64,000 nt of DNA from Ignavibacteriales bacterium (GCA_016192345.1 JACPUH010000082.1:12025-76024), one strand, 5' to 3'. Numbered from the stretch's first letter, positions 9,739 through 19,958 are shown. The notes: generated from the sequence alone by a model not told the origin. Numbers and translations: made by a program.

Positions 9739-10487
9739 CGCATGAAGTTGATACCCCAGTGAGGACTTGCGCCGGTCATCCAGCTTGAGGCCCGGCCTTT
9801 GCCGAATCCATGTTCGGCCAGGAGCGGGTACCACCGACCCTGGTTTTCGATCTCGATGATGCTGGTCGCTCCCTTGCGAAGCTTCACTTCGTTGAACCCG
9901 AGCAACGGTGGAACAGTGCCTATGTTGATCCCCCTCACAGCAGGGTGATCCGAAGCCGCGATGCGAAGGGCGTAGCCGTTCGTGGACTCAATCAGATCGT
10001 CATGTGGGAGACACTCCACGGGAAGAACATGATGAAATCGCGAGCGCGCCCATCCTCCTTTGCCCAATTCACCGCCGAAACTGAGCCAACCGCCGTTCAT
10101 GTGAAAATGCCCGCCCCTCTCAACCCATCCGCACAATAAGTCGAACCGATCAGGGAAGGTCAAGGGCTGCCCTCCCCACTTATGTCGCCGGAAAAAATCG
10201 GGATGTAACATAAGACACTTCGTTTCGACATCCGCAAAGACGATCGTCGTTGCCCAGGCAAGACGGGCGGCAAACTCCTCGGGGGACATATGATACAACT
10301 CCCAGGAAGGTTGCGAGATAACCTCGGCGCCTGGGATGTTTTTCAATGCGTCCACAAACGGTTGGGCATAGTTCAGAATTTCGACATCCTTGCTGGGGGC
10401 TTCAAAAGGAGACTCAACATACTTCTGACCGATGTGAATGCACCAGTTGCCGACGTGCCAGAGACGAAGTTGTGACGGGATGTTCAT
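9693..10487 (-). CDS. Hypothetical cytoplasmic protein, possibly class-I glutamine-amidotransferase-like/ThuA-like fold
   Basis: 264 aa with no signal peptide. It overlaps the symporter start by about 46 nt, so it belongs to the same operon. The family assignment is tentative, from a weak resemblance only. Confidence 0.35.
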   Translation of the reverse strand: MNIPSQLRLWHVGNWCIHIGQKYVESPFEAPSKDVEILNYAQPFVDALKNIPGAEVISQPSWELYHMSPEEFAARLAWATTIVFADVETKCLMLHPDFFRRHKWGGQPLTFPDRFDLLCGWVERGGHFHMNGGWLSFGGELGKGGWARSRFHHVLPVECLPHDDLIESTNGYALRIAASDHPAVRGINIGTVPPLLGFNEVKLRKGATSIIEIENQGRWYPLLAEHGFGKGRASSWMTGASPHWGINFMRWDQYAQFWRQVFTR

Positions 10488-10644
10488 AGGGTTATCCGAT
10501 GATGAATTGGATGGTCACAAACTGGGGAAAGAGGCGGTTTTCGCTAAGGAGAGCGTGCCTCGTGGTTGCCTCCGGGTTGAAGGTGGTGGGAAGTGTCCAC
10601 AAAAACAACAAAATGGCGTGACCTTGCCGATCACGCCATGGATG

Positions 10645-10717
10645 TGGACAGGGACGGAATCGAACCGCCGACACATGGATTTTCAGTCCATTGCTCTACC
10701 AACTGAGCTACCTGTCC
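10645..10717 (-). tRNA. tRNA-Phe (anticodon GAA)
   Basis: Reverse complement GGACAGGTAGCTCAGTTGGTAGAGCAATGGACTGAAAATCCATGTGTCGGCGGTTCGATTCCGTCCCTGTCCA. It folds as a cloverleaf with anticodon loop CTGAAAA. CCA is not encoded. Confidence 0.9.
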
Positions 10718-10860
10718 GAAAATTCCTAAACTTAGCGAACGAGCGCAGCGAGTAAAGCTAAGTTAATGAAATTTTCAGGATCCCGCTGCTTTCGAGCGGG
10801 ATCCAAATTCTTCCAGACGTGCCATGATCCCATCGGGCTTCATTCCGAATGGAAGAACGG

Positions 10861-10893
10861 AAACAAAACAGGTGCGGAGTTCCTTCCCGCACC
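10861..10893 (-). terminator. Rho-independent terminator after the SDR gene
   Basis: Minus strand reads CCGGTGCGGGAAGGAACTCCGCACCTG followed by TTTTGTTT. Confidence 0.5.
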
Positions 10894-10936
10894 GGAACAA
10901 TCGTACGCAAGTTTTGGCCGAAAAGCAAGACTCTGC

Positions 10937-11788
10937 TTACTCCAGTTCCCTCGCATTCTTCTGACCTATGAAACTGACGATCTCCTCTCCCGCATCAACA
11001 CCGAGAACATTTCCGGAAATAAATGAACCATACTCATGGGTGACCAAAATAATGGCGCGGGCGATATCTTCTGGAGTCGTCAAGCGTATCTGCGGGTTCT
11101 TCGCCCTTGCCGTATTGATAAGATTCATTGCCGCGGGAATTTTCCGAAGCGCCGGTGTATCGGTGACGCCGGCCATAATGGAATTGGCCGTTATGCCGAA
11201 CGAACCCAATTCCATCGTCAGTTGACGGATATGTGCTTCCAATGCCGCCTTCGCCGCCGATACCGCACCATAGTGAGGAATCTGAGTGCGCCCCCCCGAA
11301 CTGGTCATTGCATAGATGCGCGAACCTTTGCGTAACAGATTCCGCGTATACGCGCCCTGAGTCCAGTACACAAGGGAATGGGCCATAACATCCACGGTCA
11401 TCTCAACCTGTTGCTGCGTAATCATGTTCTCGTGGCTCTCGGAGATATAAGGACGCAGGGTGCCAAATGCAAGTGAGTGCATAAGCACCCGCACAAAGGC
11501 GTTCTTATCCGCCGCGAGCTCCTTTTGAAGAGCATTCAGAACTTCGGTCCGCTTCGCAGCGTCAGCGGCATTCACATTGAAAAAAAGCATCTTCACGCCT
11601 GTAGCACTAATCTTCTGCTTCACCTCTTCAACGGCGGGCATCGTGGCAGCCCGGTCGAAATGGACGCCGCAAATGTTCATCCCATGCCGCGCGAGTTCAA
11701 TTGCCGTGGCCCCTCCAAAACCGCTCGAGGACCCAAGGATCAAGGCCCAATCCGTTGACTTAAAGCGCAATGATTGCTGTTCTTCCAT
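10937..11788 (-). CDS. SDR-family oxidoreductase, enoyl-ACP-reductase-like (FabL/FabI-type)
   Basis: 283 aa. N-terminal 'ALILGSSSGFGGATAIELARHGMNI' is a Rossmann motif. 'YGAVSAAKAALEAHIRQL' is the catalytic YxxxK motif. Confidence 0.7.
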   Translation of the reverse strand: MEEQQSLRFKSTDWALILGSSSGFGGATAIELARHGMNICGVHFDRAATMPAVEEVKQKISATGVKMLFFNVNAADAAKRTEVLNALQKELAADKNAFVRVLMHSLAFGTLRPYISESHENMITQQQVEMTVDVMAHSLVYWTQGAYTRNLLRKGSRIYAMTSSGGRTQIPHYGAVSAAKAALEAHIRQLTMELGSFGITANSIMAGVTDTPALRKIPAAMNLINTARAKNPQIRLTTPEDIARAIILVTHEYGSFISGNVLGVDAGEEIVSFIGQKNARELE

Positions 11789-11858
11789 AGCTCCTCAGTA
11801 TTCAGAAAACCGTGAGCCACAAAAATACCATATTTTGCCAGAAAATCAAGAGTTTTTC

Positions 11859-13691
11859 CTACTCGACAGTGACACTCTTGGCTAAATTCCTCGGTTGGTC
11901 GACATTCGTGCCACGGGCAACAGCAATATAGTAGGCAAGGAGCTGGAGGGGAATGACGTTCAGAATTGGACCGAAAAAACCAAACGTCCGCGGTACCCGA
12001 ATCACAAACTCCGCGAGATGTCCGATATCATCATCATCTTCGTTCGCCACGGCAAGTATCCTTCCCCGACGTGCCTTCACCTCCTGCACATTGCTCATCA
12101 CCTTCTCGTAGATGGCATCCTTCGGCACAATGCAAACGACGGGCATATGTTCGTCAATCAAGGCTATCGGTCCGTGTTTCATCTCTGCCGCGGGATATCC
12201 TTCGGCATGGATATAGGAAATCTCCTTCAATTTGAGGGCGCCCTCCAGGGCTACCGGAAAATTGGCCCCCCGGCCAAGGTACAAGAAGTTCCTGGCATTC
12301 TTCAATTCTCCCGCAATCTCCCTAATCCGGGCGGCGCCGTCGAGCACCTTCCCTACTTTTTCAGGCAGCGCATCAAGTTCCTTCATCAAGAGTTTATAGT
12401 CCACGTGCAACAGCCCCTTCGCACGGGCCACCATCAAGGTCACCAGCGCAAGCACGGTAAGCTGGGAGGTGAAGGCTTTCGTCGAGGCCACGCCAATTTC
12501 CGGACCGGCGTGAATATACACCCCCCCCTGGGTCTCACGAGCAATGGTACTCCCTACCACGTTGACGATTCCAAGGACTGTCGCCCCCTTCGCTTTGGCT
12601 TCACGTAACGCAGCCAGCGTATCGGCAGTCTCACCGCTCTGGCTGATGGCGATGACAACATCGCCTTGCTGAATAACCGGGCTGCGGTACCGAAACTCCG
12701 AGGCATACTCGACCTCCGTCGGGATCCCCGCGATCTGTTCAAGCATGTACTCCCCCACCAACCCCGCATGCCAGGAGGTCCCACATCCCAGCAGGATTAT
12801 TCTTCGGGCGGAGATAAGCTTTTCCCGCATCTGCTCCAGTCCGCCCAGCTTCACCTCTCCTTCCTCAACCTGAAGCCGCCCCCGTAGAGCATTCCTGATC
12901 GTCTCGGGCTGTTCATGGATCTCCTTCAGCATGAAATGCTCGAAGCCTCCCCGCTCAATCTGATCCAATTCGAACGACAGTTCCTCCACAGATTTTTGGA
13001 TGGTGACATCATCCAACGTCTTCGTCGAAATCCCTTCAGCGGAAATGACTGCATATTCCCCATCCTCCATATACGTTACTTTCCGTGTGTGTCGAATCAA
13101 TGCGGAGGGGTCGGAAGCAATAAGATACTCCCCCTCCCCGAACCCGATTACCAGCGGACTCCCTTTTCGGGCCACAATGAGCTTGCGGGGTTCGTGGGAA
13201 CTCATGACCACAATCCCATATGTTCCTTTCACCTGGTGCAACGCCTTTCGGACGGCCTGCTCGAGTCCCCCACCGGCTTTGTGCAATTCTTCTATCAGAT
13301 GGGAAAGGACTTCAGTGTCCGTTTCCGACAGAAACTGATGACCTCCCGCAATCAGCTTCTTTTTCAGGGAGGAATAATTTTCAATGACGCCGTTATGGAT
13401 GACGGCGATCGATCCTGAACAATCGAGATGGGGATGAGCATTCACCTCGCTTGGCTCTCCGTGGGTCGCCCAGCGCGTATGTCCCATGCCAACGCTTCCC
13501 GTAATGGCGCCGGCGGGTAAGGCCGATTCCAGGTGGCTCACCTTCCCCACTTTTTTCAACGTAACAATCCTTCCACCCCTCTGGACTGCAAGACCGGCGG
13601 AATCATACCCGCGGTACTCCAGACGTTTGAGCCCCTCCACTATGATTGGCGCAGCCTCGCGGCTCCCAACATATCCGACTATTCCGCACAT
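11859..13691 (-). CDS. glmS: Glutamine--fructose-6-phosphate aminotransferase
   Basis: MCGIVGYVG N-terminal nucleophile Cys. SIS domains. C-terminal '..AKSVTVE'. Start set at the MCGIV methionine. Confidence 0.95.
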   Translation of the reverse strand: MCGIVGYVGSREAAPIIVEGLKRLEYRGYDSAGLAVQRGGRIVTLKKVGKVSHLESALPAGAITGSVGMGHTRWATHGEPSEVNAHPHLDCSGSIAVIHNGVIENYSSLKKKLIAGGHQFLSETDTEVLSHLIEELHKAGGGLEQAVRKALHQVKGTYGIVVMSSHEPRKLIVARKGSPLVIGFGEGEYLIASDPSALIRHTRKVTYMEDGEYAVISAEGISTKTLDDVTIQKSVEELSFELDQIERGGFEHFMLKEIHEQPETIRNALRGRLQVEEGEVKLGGLEQMREKLISARRIILLGCGTSWHAGLVGEYMLEQIAGIPTEVEYASEFRYRSPVIQQGDVVIAISQSGETADTLAALREAKAKGATVLGIVNVVGSTIARETQGGVYIHAGPEIGVASTKAFTSQLTVLALVTLMVARAKGLLHVDYKLLMKELDALPEKVGKVLDGAARIREIAGELKNARNFLYLGRGANFPVALEGALKLKEISYIHAEGYPAAEMKHGPIALIDEHMPVVCIVPKDAIYEKVMSNVQEVKARRGRILAVANEDDDDIGHLAEFVIRVPRTFGFFGPILNVIPLQLLAYYIAVARGTNVDQPRNLAKSVTVE

Positions 13692-13706
13692 AGCCACCCC
13701 TTGGGT

Positions 13707-14447
13707 TTATACAAGGACAATCGCTCCCATCATTCTCCCGGAACGCTCTTTTTCACGCCGAAACGAGTGAAAGAGGTCTGGTTGACACATCGTACAACTT
13801 CGAGATACTTCGATATTGTCTTCTTTCAATCCTGACATCGTCAACTGGCGAACGTTTGCCTTTTTAAGGTTCAAAAACTTTTTCCCGCCCCCCTGTTCGA
13901 CAAGATCCGCTTCAAACAGATCGCCCACATCCGTCCGGATTTCATAACAACACACGTCCGCACTGGGACCAAGATATGCAACCAGGTTGGAAGGATCGCT
14001 TCCCCATTCTCGCATCATACTCCTGACCGCTTCAGACGTAATAGATGCAACGGTCCCTCTCCATCCCGCATGGATTGCCGCAATGGCATAATTATTTGGA
14101 TCAAACAGGAACACAGGCAGGCAGTCCGCGACCGAAACGGCCAGTGGGATACGGCGTGTCTTCGTCAGCAGCGCGTCGCAGGCCTCAAACGAACCTGCCC
14201 CGGAAACAACAACGGCATGGTTGGAATGACACTGCATTGGGAAGGCAACCTCCTCCGGCGCAATACCGAGATGAGAGAAAAAACGCCTTCGGTTTTCTTC
14301 CACGTTCCCCTTTTCGTCACCAACCCGAAAGCTGAGATTCATCCCCAACGGCTCCGGACTCACTCCACCTTTGCGGGTACTGAACGCAAAACGGACAGCC
14401 GGATAGCGGGCCAGCAATTGCGAACTGATGACGGGGGAGGGCTGCAT
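13707..14447 (-). CDS. pgeF: YfiH/PgeF (DUF152) family laccase-domain / peptidoglycan-editing protein
   Basis: 246 aa. 'HSNHAVVV', 'ADCLPVFLFDP' and 'AAIHAGWRG' motifs. Confidence 0.8.
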   Translation of the reverse strand: MQPSPVISSQLLARYPAVRFAFSTRKGGVSPEPLGMNLSFRVGDEKGNVEENRRRFFSHLGIAPEEVAFPMQCHSNHAVVVSGAGSFEACDALLTKTRRIPLAVSVADCLPVFLFDPNNYAIAAIHAGWRGTVASITSEAVRSMMREWGSDPSNLVAYLGPSADVCCYEIRTDVGDLFEADLVEQGGGKKFLNLKKANVRQLTMSGLKEDNIEVSRSCTMCQPDLFHSFRREKERSGRMMGAIVLV

Positions 14448-17400
14448 TCAGCGAGGGCTCACCGGGAGGATAATTTCCACCACCGTTCCTTCCCCCACCG
14501 TACTTCGAAGTGAGATTCTTCCGTCAAGATCCTCAATAACCTTCCGCGTAATAGCCAGACCAATTCCCATCCCATCGGTTTTCGTGGAAAAATTTGGCTG
14601 GAAGACCTTCGCCTGAATTTCTTCCGGAATTCCCGGACCATTGTCACGGATGACGATCCGACACCGAGCGTTTTGAACCGAAGAGTCGATCGTCACGATG
14701 CCCCCCTCCTCCAGGGCCTGAACGCTATTGCGAAGAATGTTGATCAGCGCGCGGCGCAATTCATCCTTGTCGGCAATCATCGGCATGGGAACTTCGGAAT
14801 AGTTTGTCCGAAATTCAACTCCACGAACTTCCGCAAACAACAGCACTGTTTCGCGCAGGAGTTCGTTGACATCGACCCTCTCGAATGTACGGACCGGCAT
14901 CCTGGCAAAATTCGAAAACTCCGATGCGATACGGGAAAGAGCCTCGATCTGGTCCACAACGGTCCGGCCAACTCTATCAAGAATCTCGCCAAAGTTGGAG
15001 ATCCCATCACGGTGCGCCTGCACCAGATGCTGCATCGAAAGTTTCATGGGTGTCAACGGATTCTTGATCTCGTGGGCGACCTGTTTCGCCATCTCCTTCC
15101 ATGCCAGTTCCCGTTCGACGCGGACAAGATTCTCCCTGCTTGCCTTCAACTCGCCGGTCATTTCATTGAACGAATCGACCAGCTCACCAACCTCATCGGA
15201 GGAACGTTTGGGTATCCGGATATCCAACTCACCCCGTCCGACCCGCTGCACGGCAGCAGATAATTCCCTTAAGGGTTTCGACAACCGGTTCGCCAGCACC
15301 ACGGCAATCACGATAATCACCAGAACCACCACGGCATATGCGCCCAAAAGGAATGCGTTCCGCTGTGCGAGTTCCTCATCGATCTCCTGCAGACGATACA
15401 AGGCGGGAACGGCAAGAACGCCGAGGAAACGTTCGCCAAGATACAGCGCGCGGTAGCCGACGATATAGCGTACGGACCCTATCTGCTCCGAATCCTTATA
15501 GAACTTTTTTCCCAACAGGACGGCGTTGGCAAACGCCGGACCATGCAGGCGCCCATCAAGAATGGAGGCCTTATAGAGCTCCGATCGACTGCTCGCCTGC
15601 AATGATGTTCTTCCGTATACCGTGAAATCAATTCCCAGGTCGGTCGCCACCATCTCACAAAAATCATCATTGACGCCCGAAAGGAAATCTTCTTCGTCAA
15701 GGACGGTCGAAAGGATGCGCTGTTCCACAAGGTCAAGTTCCTGTGAGAGACGCCGGCCGATGGTCTCATTGAACCGATCCACAGCCAGATCGCGGTTGTA
15801 GTACGCAAGAACGACAAGCGGTACTATTGAAAGAATAGCGAACGAAGTAACGAGTTTTTCCCGGAACCCGGGCGAACGGAACGGTCTTCTTCCAAGCCTC
15901 AGCGCGAGCATTAGGAGAACCACGAATCCGGCCATCATACCATACACCAGCAACATCTTCACGAGGTTGAACACGTGCCACCGGATGTCCAGGAAACCAA
16001 GATGTATGGCGACGATACGTTCCGCTTGTGAAGGATCCCGTGCATAGAGAACTTCCGTACCGATGCCGCCGACCTGCTCTTCAACCCACACGAAGCGATC
16101 TTGGGACCATGCCCCTGCCTCAAGGAGATCATTCCGCACACGCTCACCCCTGGCAAGTTCCGTGTTTGTCGTCGATGCAAGGATTCCGCCGATATACTCT
16201 GTCACTGAAAACGTCCGGATTCGCTGATCGAATTGGTTGGGGCCGGCTGATCGGAGCAATTCCGGGGTTTCACCGCGAAAGAGAAATCGTTGACTCGCGG
16301 AGAGGCCTATGGCTATCGTCCCCATCGGCCGGCCCTGAGAATCACGGATCGTCCCCCATGCGCCGTAGTATTTGACGCGCCCCTGGGGAAGGTTCCTTTC
16401 GAACACGAGCAACGCCTCCTCCTCCGCGTCAAAGGTGCGGGTCAGCAATTCATATTCTTCATACGAGGTCAACCCGACGGAAAAATTGCTGATCTCCCTT
16501 CCCTCGCGATCATAAATGTAGACTCCCGAGTTGTATCCCTCCCTGCTCATCAGCATCTGTGCCCAGAGGTTGAATGCCCTTTCACTCCCCCGGGAAGAAT
16601 CCCGAACTCCCCGACCAAATTCCGCCGCGAATTGTTCATGGGCAGCGTTCAACCCTTCCGTGACGACAAACGACAGCCATCCGTCAATGGGCCGCAGCAG
16701 CTCTTGGGCAAAAGTTTCCACCTGCTGACGATCCTTCTCATGTATTTTGGCATCGAGCGTCAGAGCGGAAAGAATAAATGCACCAAGAAGGAGGAACCCG
16801 TAGTCTTTCATGGAGAGGCCCGGCAGGCTCTCCCGGGCTCCGGAAGGCACTTTGAGAACGTTGAGGAACACAAAGACCAGGACAAACAACAGCGGCGGCA
16901 TCCAGACAGGTACCTGTGGGACTCTATTAATAAAAGAGAAGAGTGCAAATCCGGCCAGGAACGAACCGAGGACTATGAGCGAGAGAACGCGAAAGGAGAG
17001 ACGGGAAAACAAGCGGGCCAGCGAACGGGCACTCGCGGAGAAACCAGCCACTACAATCAGCAAGAGGGAAAGAGAAAGCAGGAAGATATTGATGTGCATG
17101 ATCCCCGTGGCGAGGGAGGGGACCAAACTTCCCGGATCCTGATACGAGATCGTCGAATCGAACACAAAGCTACGGATCGCTGCTCCATAGCCCCGAATGA
17201 CCCAGGGTATGCCCAGGGACCATACAAGGAGCGTCAACAATGAAGAACCCTTCCTCAGGACAGCGGGAGCCTTTCCCTCCTCCATGGTGATCACACGGTG
17301 CAATTCCCCTCGCACAAGGATCAGGACCGTTCCCAGGACCGCAAGGCAGGAAAGAAACAGTTCCCCCAGAGAGGAGGTCAGATTCATGGCAAATGGCGAA

Positions 17401-18377
17401 GCGTACACCGCGGGATCGAATACTATTCCTCCCAACACGACGGAGGGAGCGTCAACGATCCTCCATCCCAGGCGAATCCCCCACACAACCACCAACCATG
17501 TCAGCACCCGCATGGCAACCGAGTGAACGAACGACAACCGACGCCAGAGGAGAACAACCATGAAACCGGTTGCCATCATAACGGACAATGCTGTTATGCC
17601 TCTCCAGGTTGCGTTAACACGCTGCACTTCTTCCTCCAGCACCTGCAGCCTGACCACGGCTTGCGCAATGGTCCGTTCCTCAAAATTCTTTAACGGTACA
17701 GCATATTCGCCTTCCACCGGGGGGATGCTCTCATCCTCGAAGGTGAGACGAATGGGGACGTCAAGACTCTTCGATAATTCTCCACTGAAACTATAGCGGG
17801 AAACAAAACGATTGGAGAGTGGGAAGTTCAGCTCCAGCGGCTGGCTGGCCACGACGCAAAACCGGTGATCGCCGGTCATCTTCCCCGCCGAGAGAAATCG
17901 GTGAAGGCTCGCGCGGGAAATAACAAGAAAAGAATCCGCGGATTGCTGTTGAAGAATGTTCTTGTACTGAGGAACCACACTTCGCCCTGCCCAGAGGAGA
18001 ACCGTACCCTGAGGATCGGTGATCTCGAGGCTCACCGTGTTATCGAACCGGAGCGATTCGATGCGGCCAAACAACTCCGCAACCCTGGCCGGTGTTCCCT
18101 CACGGATCCGCTGGAACAGTTCCTGGTCTTCAAACACCCGGGAAACCTGTGCGTTCAGAAACTGTGATCGCTGTCGGAACTGATGGTCAATTTCGCCGCT
18201 GATGTTCCGGAGAGAGTGTTCCTGCCTCTCCGCCCAATTGTTTTCGAGGAAGCCGGGATACCACGTCCGGAGCAGAAGGGAAAAGACAAGAAGGGCCAGG
18301 GAAATGAAAAAGCCCCACAGAGCGGGGCGAGCCGAAACATCAGCAAGGGATCGAACGCTTGGCATGCGGATGGTCAA
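14448..18377 (-). CDS. Large multi-TM sensor histidine kinase (periplasmic domains, multi-TM block, HAMP-like linker, HisKA, HATPase_c)
   Basis: 1309 aa. 'HEIKNPLTPMKLSMQHL' is the H-box. 'IRDNGPGIPEEIQAKVFQPNFSTK..GMGIGLAI' gives the G1/G2 boxes. Many predicted TM helices lie between residues about 250 and 520. No response-regulator gene is adjacent. Confidence 0.85.
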   Translation of the reverse strand: MTIRMPSVRSLADVSARPALWGFFISLALLVFSLLLRTWYPGFLENNWAERQEHSLRNISGEIDHQFRQRSQFLNAQVSRVFEDQELFQRIREGTPARVAELFGRIESLRFDNTVSLEITDPQGTVLLWAGRSVVPQYKNILQQQSADSFLVISRASLHRFLSAGKMTGDHRFCVVASQPLELNFPLSNRFVSRYSFSGELSKSLDVPIRLTFEDESIPPVEGEYAVPLKNFEERTIAQAVVRLQVLEEEVQRVNATWRGITALSVMMATGFMVVLLWRRLSFVHSVAMRVLTWLVVVWGIRLGWRIVDAPSVVLGGIVFDPAVYASPFAMNLTSSLGELFLSCLAVLGTVLILVRGELHRVITMEEGKAPAVLRKGSSLLTLLVWSLGIPWVIRGYGAAIRSFVFDSTISYQDPGSLVPSLATGIMHINIFLLSLSLLLIVVAGFSASARSLARLFSRLSFRVLSLIVLGSFLAGFALFSFINRVPQVPVWMPPLLFVLVFVFLNVLKVPSGARESLPGLSMKDYGFLLLGAFILSALTLDAKIHEKDRQQVETFAQELLRPIDGWLSFVVTEGLNAAHEQFAAEFGRGVRDSSRGSERAFNLWAQMLMSREGYNSGVYIYDREGREISNFSVGLTSYEEYELLTRTFDAEEEALLVFERNLPQGRVKYYGAWGTIRDSQGRPMGTIAIGLSASQRFLFRGETPELLRSAGPNQFDQRIRTFSVTEYIGGILASTTNTELARGERVRNDLLEAGAWSQDRFVWVEEQVGGIGTEVLYARDPSQAERIVAIHLGFLDIRWHVFNLVKMLLVYGMMAGFVVLLMLALRLGRRPFRSPGFREKLVTSFAILSIVPLVVLAYYNRDLAVDRFNETIGRRLSQELDLVEQRILSTVLDEEDFLSGVNDDFCEMVATDLGIDFTVYGRTSLQASSRSELYKASILDGRLHGPAFANAVLLGKKFYKDSEQIGSVRYIVGYRALYLGERFLGVLAVPALYRLQEIDEELAQRNAFLLGAYAVVVLVIIVIAVVLANRLSKPLRELSAAVQRVGRGELDIRIPKRSSDEVGELVDSFNEMTGELKASRENLVRVERELAWKEMAKQVAHEIKNPLTPMKLSMQHLVQAHRDGISNFGEILDRVGRTVVDQIEALSRIASEFSNFARMPVRTFERVDVNELLRETVLLFAEVRGVEFRTNYSEVPMPMIADKDELRRALINILRNSVQALEEGGIVTIDSSVQNARCRIVIRDNGPGIPEEIQAKVFQPNFSTKTDGMGIGLAITRKVIEDLDGRISLRSTVGEGTVVEIILPVSPR

Positions 18378-18850
18378 TAGATGTTCAGCTGGCTAATCAC
18401 CCACTTCGAATCCTGCTGAACGAGGGAGACATACACCTGAGCAGACTCGCGGCTTCCTTTTGAAATAAACGTGAGCCTCCCGGTGGCATATGGAGCCGGC
18501 CCGCGATCGTGGAAACGGGAGAATTCGAACGCTGAGGGCTTACGGATCTGGAAATAATTTTGCAGCAGCGAAAGCACCTGATTGGAAGAATAGTATCCGC
18601 TCTCTCCGCCGATGATGTTGACGGAAACCTGGTTCGCAAAAGAGGATGTGGAGGATGCCAGGGACGTCGTCAGTATTCCATGTTGAATCTGGCCAAAAAA
18701 TGAACGAACCGCCACCTGCGATGGTGAGAACTGAACTACTTCCTCCCCGACGATGGAGTCTTTCTTCATCTTCCGTTGCTGGATTGATCGCATCTGCCCC
18801 GAAGCTTCAGCAACGATACAGAACGCCATTATAACGATCCAGAACTTCAT
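18374..18850 (-). CDS. Small secreted/periplasmic protein, translationally coupled (ATGA) to the sensor kinase
   Basis: Start chosen at MKFWIVIMAFCIVAEASGQ (signal peptide). About 158 aa, Ser-rich. Its stop overlaps the kinase ATG. Confidence 0.5.
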   Translation of the reverse strand: MKFWIVIMAFCIVAEASGQMRSIQQRKMKKDSIVGEEVVQFSPSQVAVRSFFGQIQHGILTTSLASSTSSFANQVSVNIIGGESGYYSSNQVLSLLQNYFQIRKPSAFEFSRFHDRGPAPYATGRLTFISKGSRESAQVYVSLVQQDSKWVISQLNIY

Positions 18851-19154
18851 AGCTGACCCCAAAGTATTGCAAAAGCATAACAAAATCAACCGCCGGAGGC
18901 TTACAATTAAAACGTGCGCTAGCACGTTACTCATTGGAATGGAGCTGTAAAGGCCCGAGTGCGACAACATCCTTCTTATCAGACCTCTCTCCATGCGGTC
19001 GGGCAACGATCCAAACAGGTTGACCGTTTTCTTTCAATCCTGGACGTTACCACCAGGAACTAAAAAAAGTAAGAGAGCGGCACTGCCTTTCCTTCCTTCC
19101 TCCCCATCCGCCCCCGGCAGTGTCGCCCTCCATTTCCCCACGGATCCCCCACAC

Positions 19155-19958
19155 TTATTTCATAAGCGCAATAGGATTGGTACGATCGATGTTTCTTTTC
19201 CCATCCTTCGGTAGTTGCTTCTTCAGGTCCGGGTTTCCCGGGGCAACCTGATACGCCCAATCGAATCGCACGGTGTAGCTGTCCACCTCCCGCACGCGTA
19301 TTTTAGCATAATGATCGTCCCAGGTCCAAATGACGTACGTATGGCCGGGGATAACTTGAACGGAACGGGATGGGGCCCAGCCATCTTCAGGGGCTTCGTA
19401 GATGTCATACAGCGATGACGTGTACCCCATATCCTGAATGTCGGTATCATCCCACACATTAAAATAGAGCCGGCCTTCGAAATACTCAAAGAAGACATCG
19501 GTAAAATCGTCGTTGAATTTTCCAACCGAATACGTCGAGAAATCATATCCCCCCGTGTTGGGAGAAGTCCGATAATCATTTAACCGTATTCCATATCCTT
19601 CCGGTCGGGGTGTGGCATAGACGACATCCCGGCTCAGATCACTTTCGTTTCCTTCAAAATCGTACGCCGTGATCGCGTAGTACATCCTCACACCATTTTG
19701 CAGATTGGTATCCGTGAAAATCAAACGGCTTGTGGAAGCGATCAGTGTGTATTCTCCATCATACCGATCGCTGACCCAGACACTGTACCCGGCAACATCA
19801 GGCTCCGGGTTGGCATCCCAGGTAAGTTCGATGGCATTATCCAGGGCTGTGGCCCAGATATTCCGTGGAGGCACCGGAGGGGTTGTGTCGACCAGGAACG
19901 CCTCCTGGCAACCGGCTGCAAGAACGCTTGCGGTAAGGATGATCAATAAGGTTTTCAT
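19155..19958 (-). CDS. Lipoprotein with fibronectin-type-III-like domain
   Basis: Lipobox 'LAAGC'. 'PPVPPRNIWATALDNAIELTWDANPEPDVAGYSVWV' is an FN3-like strand pattern. Confidence 0.55.
   Translation of the reverse strand: MKTLLIILTASVLAAGCQEAFLVDTTPPVPPRNIWATALDNAIELTWDANPEPDVAGYSVWVSDRYDGEYTLIASTSRLIFTDTNLQNGVRMYYAITAYDFEGNESDLSRDVVYATPRPEGYGIRLNDYRTSPNTGGYDFSTYSVGKFNDDFTDVFFEYFEGRLYFNVWDDTDIQDMGYTSSLYDIYEAPEDGWAPSRSVQVIPGHTYVIWTWDDHYAKIRVREVDSYTVRFDWAYQVAPGNPDLKKQLPKDGKRNIDRTNPIALMK

Noticed and set aside
10778-10804. 9-bp perfect hairpin GGATCCCGC..GCGGGATCC as a terminator
   Set aside because: No adjacent U-tract on either strand. It lies upstream of tRNA-Phe rather than downstream of a gene, so it is more likely incidental or a processing signal. 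Not listed as a terminator.
16290-17243. 317-aa plus-strand ORF (R/E/K/Q-rich)
   Set aside because: Antisense to the sensor kinase, which has clear HisKA/HATPase motifs. It is low-complexity and charged, a typical shadow ORF in GC-rich DNA.
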